A DNA stretch of 22,323 nucleotides from Promethearchaeota archaeon (lineage in GTDB: Archaea > Asgardarchaeota > Lokiarchaeia > Sigyniarchaeales > SOKP01), in NCBI GenBank assembly GCA_048938025.1, contig JBHLMP010000057.1:1-22323 (forward strand). The letters run 5' to 3'. The position numbers and the translations under genes were made by a program. The notes under the pieces are model-generated. The model had not been told where the DNA came from. It searched no databases and saw only the letters and a list, made by a program, of their open reading frames with translations. Shown piece by piece: positions 17,698 through 22,323 of the stretch (its first letter is position 1; each line of letters starts with the position of its first letter).

Positions 17698-17968
17698 TTT
17701 AAAGTTACTCCAAATTCCAATTTTATTTAAATACTTATTTAACCAAAAATAGACTTGATGCTTTTTAAATTTTTTACGATGATTACGATTATTAATAATA
17801 ATATTCTGAAAGTTCGTAAAGTTTAAAAAATTGCTTCTCTCATTATCTACTATCAAAATATGGCATTTTGATTTCTTAATTATTCAATTAAATTAAATAA
17901 GTAAAAATTTTATGAATTTGTTAAAAGTCTTGCTGTGAGAACATTAAATTGAAATAAACTTTTTAAGG

Positions 17969-19738
17969 ATGAAAAAAAGAATTATTTATAGTCGAAATCT
18001 ACCTACAAAAACAAAAAAAAGGTTGATTTTTATGGAGTATATTCAAGAAGTTGAAGAACAAGAGATTTTTGATCCATTAGACTACTTACATAAAATCTTA
18101 AAGCTAATGATTTTAGTTTGGAAATTTAAGTGGAAAAGATTTTGGTATAAAAACAAATTGAAAGATAAGGAACGAAGTATATTTCGGATATTTGGTAAGT
18201 TAAAGGGAAAGCAGCCTGTGAAAATTCGGGATGAGAGAACTCAAAAAGAACGCCAAATTATCTTTTACAGTTTAAATAGTCTTAGTGGTCTGTTTTTTAT
18301 TCATTTATTTAGATTTTTCAAAAAAGTCATTATTAAATTACTTTTTGATAAAAATTATTATTATCCTACAAAAGATTTAATTGAGCGGAATAATTTATTT
18401 CAAGATGAAAATTTTCCGTGTATGTCGCGAAAGAAATTCCAATCTCTTGGGAGAACTACTAAAAAGTGGATAAAAGTAATAAATATAGAAAATCAATTTA
18501 ATGAAACTATAGATTTTCTCTATAATCGTACTAAATATTTAGAGAATAAAACATTCCACATTTGTGTTTCTCAAAGAAAACAAAAACTAAAAAAAGAAAT
18601 AGCATTTAACCTTAGCGAATACCGATCAGAATACAAAGAAAAGGACTATATTGAGGTTTTTATTAATAGTATCGTCCCTAGAAAACCTAACAAACCTTTT
18701 GATCGAACTATATGGGTATTATTTCTTACAGCGTATATTGCTTGGTTAATAGTACTTTTCTTTATATTACCACTTTTTATATTCCCTGGAGCTAGTGTTT
18801 ATACTGGAAATCCAATTATTTTTGAGATGCTCACGAGTCAAATTCCAATTCTAGTATTCTTCATATGCATTTATCTTTTATTTCAAAAATTTCAAAAATG
18901 TATACTATTCACAGAAGATAACTATGATGAAAGACTGAAGGTTTCTGAAGATAAGATACCTCACTCATTTCGAATGAGATATGAACTTAGATTAGCGTCT
19001 CATAATACTGCTGGATTTGCTTTAGCTTTTTTAATTGGATTTTTGGCATATAGTATTCCATATTATTTAATAGCGCTATTTACTAGGTTTGATGGGAACA
19101 TTTTAGAAGCTTGGGATTTTATAAATAAAAAATTTTTTATTGATGACATCTTAATTTTGTGGTGCATAAACGTAGCATTCTGGGTTGTAGCAATTTATAT
19201 TATAGCTATGCTTGTTTTTGCTCAATACCATATTTCAAAAGACTTTGTATTCCTATTTAGTCGCTTTCAATCTCCAAATATTGATTCTAAATTACGAGAT
19301 TATATAAAAACTATTGCTTTTTACCTTTTGACCACATCTCTTATAATTTTTGGCTCTGGATTTATCTACTTTTCATCTCGTCAACTCAATTTAATAATTA
19401 TAATTTCTTTAACGTTAGGAATTCTCATTGTTGTAGCAATTCTATTTTTAATCTTTCTGATTGGATGGAAGAGAAAAATAGTAGCACAGAAGATTGTTAA
19501 GCTTAATGATATTAAAACGAGGAGAAATGAATTAATAATGAAGTTGCAGACTGAAGAGAAATTTACTGAGTTTAAAATGCATGAATTTAAAGATCTATCA
19601 GAGTTAAATTTCCTGCATGATCAATATATTGCGATTTATGAGATAAGAGCCTGGTTTTTTGATGCAAAGGTATTTTTTAGTATTATTATATCTGTTGCAA
19701 CCGCTATTCCAGAACTAATCGCGAATATTCCTTTCTAA
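17969..19738 (+). CDS. Hypothetical polytopic membrane protein with a basic soluble N-terminal domain (start possibly ATG 18032)
   Basis: Uninterrupted 589-codon ORF in AT-rich DNA. About 245 aa of K/R-rich N-terminus followed by 6-8 hydrophobic segments, a coiled segment and an IRAWFFD C-terminal motif. Confidence 0.7.
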   Translation: MKKRIIYSRNLPTKTKKRLIFMEYIQEVEEQEIFDPLDYLHKILKLMILVWKFKWKRFWYKNKLKDKERSIFRIFGKLKGKQPVKIRDERTQKERQIIFYSLNSLSGLFFIHLFRFFKKVIIKLLFDKNYYYPTKDLIERNNLFQDENFPCMSRKKFQSLGRTTKKWIKVINIENQFNETIDFLYNRTKYLENKTFHICVSQRKQKLKKEIAFNLSEYRSEYKEKDYIEVFINSIVPRKPNKPFDRTIWVLFLTAYIAWLIVLFFILPLFIFPGASVYTGNPIIFEMLTSQIPILVFFICIYLLFQKFQKCILFTEDNYDERLKVSEDKIPHSFRMRYELRLASHNTAGFALAFLIGFLAYSIPYYLIALFTRFDGNILEAWDFINKKFFIDDILILWCINVAFWVVAIYIIAMLVFAQYHISKDFVFLFSRFQSPNIDSKLRDYIKTIAFYLLTTSLIIFGSGFIYFSSRQLNLIIIISLTLGILIVVAILFLIFLIGWKRKIVAQKIVKLNDIKTRRNELIMKLQTEEKFTEFKMHEFKDLSELNFLHDQYIAIYEIRAWFFDAKVFFSIIISVATAIPELIANIPF

Positions 19739-19750
19739 TTTTTCCACACT

Positions 19751-21130
19751 TTATTTATGTTTTTTTTTTAATGAACTTGTTAGTGCTTGCAAATGTTTTG
19801 ATATTTTTAAATTTACAAGGTTAACCTGCTCTAATTGTTTATAATTATCAGGTAATCTTTTAATACTTTTTAAATAATAATTTTGTATATCATCAATTTT
19901 AGGTAATTTATATACCAACTTTCCATTTTTCATTATTGGAATTAAGAGAGGTTCAGAATTAGAAGGAGGGGCTTCATCAGCAAGAGCTAAAATGTCTTCC
20001 TTAAAAATTCCCTTTTCATCATAAATTCGAAAAATTTGTTTAATACCTGGATATGTTATTTTCTCTTCACTAATTTTTATTTTAGGTATATTATTATATT
20101 CTATTAATTTATATACTCCAGAAATTGTCGGATCATCACTTGAAGTTGCTAGTTCTGTTCCAATCCCAAATGCATCAATTGGAGCTTTCTTATCAATAAT
20201 TTCTTTTATTTTATATTCATTTAAGTCGGAACTAGCTACAATTAATACTTTTTTGCATCCCACTTCATCTAAAATCTTTCGAACTTTATTAGCATGCTCT
20301 ATGAGATTACCTGAATCTATTCTTACACCCATTATCTTGTTACCAAACTTACTGCATTTTTGAGCAGCCTTTTCTGTATCATACGTATCAATCAATAGAA
20401 TTGAATTTTCATCATAAATATTATAATATGTATTGAAGCTATCGATTTCCTTTTCAAATTTTTGGACAAAACTATGTGCCATAGTTCCTGTAGAATTAAT
20501 TCCTAATTCAATATCAACTATTACATTACTTGTTCCATTAAATCCTGCAATATAGCTAGCTCTTGCTGCATATACTCCCGCAAGTGGACTATGAGATCTT
20601 CTTGTACCAAATTCTAATAAAACTTTATCTGGTGCGATATTTTTAATTCTCGAAGCTTTTGATGCAATTAACGTTTGAAAATTAATAACATTAAGCAAAT
20701 ATGTTTCTGCTAATTGTGCATGGATCATTGGACCATGAATTCTTATAACAGGTTCATTAGGAAAAAAGAAATTTCCCTCTTTCATTGCCCATACGTCCAA
20801 ATTAAATTTAAAATTAGGTAAATACTCTTCAAAAAAACTTGAATCGATATTTCTAAAAACTTGCTTTTTTCTTAAGAATTCAATTGTTTTTTCCGTAAAT
20901 CTGGCATTAAGCAAATAATAAATAGCTTGTTCTAAACCTGCAAAAATTAAATAATTTCGATTTTTTGGAAATTTTCTAATAAAAAGTTCAAATGTAGCGT
21001 AATCATCTTTTTCATTAATACTATTGTCTAAATTATATTGATAATACGCTGCGCTCATGGTTAATTGATAAAAATCTGTAGCGAGAATCATATTCATATC
21101 ATTTATAAAAGCAGAGTTCATATCATCCAT
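19751..21130 (-). CDS. pncB: Nicotinate phosphoribosyltransferase
   Basis: ATDFYQLTM, EFGTRR, GTSNV, GTMAHS (phospho-His), LIDTYD, GVRIDSG, FGIGT and VYKL...KISEEKITYPG. Confidence 0.95.
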   Translation of the reverse strand: MDDMNSAFINDMNMILATDFYQLTMSAAYYQYNLDNSINEKDDYATFELFIRKFPKNRNYLIFAGLEQAIYYLLNARFTEKTIEFLRKKQVFRNIDSSFFEEYLPNFKFNLDVWAMKEGNFFFPNEPVIRIHGPMIHAQLAETYLLNVINFQTLIASKASRIKNIAPDKVLLEFGTRRSHSPLAGVYAARASYIAGFNGTSNVIVDIELGINSTGTMAHSFVQKFEKEIDSFNTYYNIYDENSILLIDTYDTEKAAQKCSKFGNKIMGVRIDSGNLIEHANKVRKILDEVGCKKVLIVASSDLNEYKIKEIIDKKAPIDAFGIGTELATSSDDPTISGVYKLIEYNNIPKIKISEEKITYPGIKQIFRIYDEKGIFKEDILALADEAPPSNSEPLLIPIMKNGKLVYKLPKIDDIQNYYLKSIKRLPDNYKQLEQVNLVNLKISKHLQALTSSLKKKHK

Positions 21131-21250
21131 TTCTTCTCAACGATAAATTTTAAAATAATTTAATTAATTACTTAGGTTTTCTTTATTATAAACCTTTTTT
21201 ATACTTTTAAAAAAATTAGTAAAATTGCGAAAAAAATAAAGTCCAAAATT

Positions 21251-22195
21251 TTATACTTTTTGAATTTTTCGTATATTTTTAACAATAAACATCTTTAGAA
21301 AGTTATCTTTCATTAGTTTTCCATTTCCATTAATCTTATCTCCAATTTTTATCTCTGTATCATCTTTTAATTTTTCACTTATTCTTAAATTCAGATTGTC
21401 AACTTTTTTAACATCTGTTTCTCGAAAATCACTTTTCTTCTGAACTCTTGGACCCATTTTCACATTCTTTAGTGTAACAATATAAAAAGTTGTGATATTT
21501 CCTTGAAATTCAGATTGTTTTTCTAAGATTTCCGTAATCTCTCCTTCATATACAGTGATGCTGGAATTAAGGAAACTCATTAATTGAGAGTCTTCAGAAC
21601 TATCGTCCACTAACCTTATTGATTCTCCTTTAGAGTCTCCTTCTTCACCGCTAGTTGATAGTTTAATAGATTTAATCCTATCTTCAAAATCTTCTGGCAA
21701 TATTGTCAAATTCCAATCTTTCAGTTTGAAAAATCCCTCTTTTAATGAGAGAATAAATCCAACCCAAAAATGACTACAGAATCCCATATTCGAGCCAATT
21801 CGACAATCGCAATCTCTTTCAGGATCTTTTATATTTTTGGGTATAATAGATAAAAAAGAATTAACTTCCCAATTCCATCCTTTAAAAAACAATTCAATCT
21901 CATGTTCATCTGGATTTACTACTTTTATTTCAACAAGACTCTCTCGATTTTCTCCTTTAATTTTCTTTATTGCTAAATCTATTCCTTCTGAAATTATCTC
22001 TAACTCTTTTGCTTTTAAAAGTTCTTTAAATTCTTCCTCAGATAAAGAATCGAGAATAAAATCAATTAAATCTACTTTTTTCAGTTTTGAATATCCTTTT
22101 AATTCAAAATCACGACACAGTTGCTTCAAGGCGTCTAAATTTAAGGACTGCATTATATAATTCAGATAAGTTCTATCATCAATTTGTCTTTTCAT
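21251..22195 (-). CDS. Hypothetical nucleic-acid-binding protein: HeH/Rho-N-like domain, SWIM zinc finger, probable C-terminal OB fold
   Basis: LNLDALKQLCRDFELKGYSKLKKVDLI (Rho-N/SAP-like), CDC-x8-CSH (SWIM-like) and a beta-rich C-terminus VYEGEITEI...YIVTL...IKIGDKINGNGKL. Confidence 0.75.
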   Translation of the reverse strand: MKRQIDDRTYLNYIMQSLNLDALKQLCRDFELKGYSKLKKVDLIDFILDSLSEEEFKELLKAKELEIISEGIDLAIKKIKGENRESLVEIKVVNPDEHEIELFFKGWNWEVNSFLSIIPKNIKDPERDCDCRIGSNMGFCSHFWVGFILSLKEGFFKLKDWNLTILPEDFEDRIKSIKLSTSGEEGDSKGESIRLVDDSSEDSQLMSFLNSSITVYEGEITEILEKQSEFQGNITTFYIVTLKNVKMGPRVQKKSDFRETDVKKVDNLNLRISEKLKDDTEIKIGDKINGNGKLMKDNFLKMFIVKNIRKIQKV

Positions 22196-22323
22196 ATTAC
22201 TTCAGGCTCAAATTTCTAATAATTGTTTAAGTTTCAAATATACTTTGAAATTATCGCTTATAATTATAACTAATGATCCTTTTTTATATAATTTAATTAA
22301 ATTAACAATTATGTCCAAAAAAA

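Noticed and set aside
17698-17856. 53-aa N-terminal extension of Tes in the ORF track
   Set aside because: N/K/F-rich translation typical of AT-rich intergenic DNA. The family-like sequence starts after ATG 17697.
769-22160. Short antisense or overlapping ORFs in the track (769-1005, 4088-4339, 4408-4611, 6193-6378, 6427-6660, 7351-7554, 11479-11685, 12310-12561, 13125-13313, 14501-14704, 15887-16096, 16003-16236, 16244-16570, 17011-17256, 21837-22160)
   Set aside because: All overlap well-supported genes, mostly antisense, and have no motifs. They look like shadow ORFs.
1-22323. CRISPR array, IS element or long tandem repeats
   Set aside because: No regularly spaced repeats, terminal inverted repeats or transposase-like ORFs were visible by eye.

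Overview
An AT-rich (visually about 30% GC) archaeal chromosomal window. The gene content (PolB1-type polymerase, tetraether synthase, intron-containing tRNA, beta-oxidation-like lipid catabolism genes) suggests an Asgard archaeon of the Lokiarchaeia type; this taxonomy is inferred, not checked. From left to right: (i) a lipid/isoprenoid catabolic cluster with a truncated phytoene-dehydrogenase-like FAD oxidoreductase and a crotonase on the minus strand, divergent from an operon of two cysteine-less thiolase-fold proteins (Ltp4- and Ltp3-like) and two DUF35 Zn-ribbon/OB-fold proteins; (ii) an NPP-type alkaline phosphatase superfamily enzyme and an MFS transporter; (iii) a minus-strand tRNA-Thr(UGU), absent from the ORF track, that is split by two non-canonical introns (D-arm 23/24 and T-loop 59/60); (iv) a small tandem DUF2934-like protein, tldD and tldE/pmbA, and a family B DNA polymerase; (v) a minus-strand run of tetraether synthase (tes), a tightly coupled 95-aa unknown ORF and a polyprenol/diacylglycerol kinase-like membrane protein; (vi) an orphan polytopic membrane protein, nicotinate phosphoribosyltransferase, and a HeH/Rho-N + SWIM + OB-fold protein. 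I saw no CRISPR array, integrase, transposase or rRNA. All family assignments come from motif recognition, not database searches.
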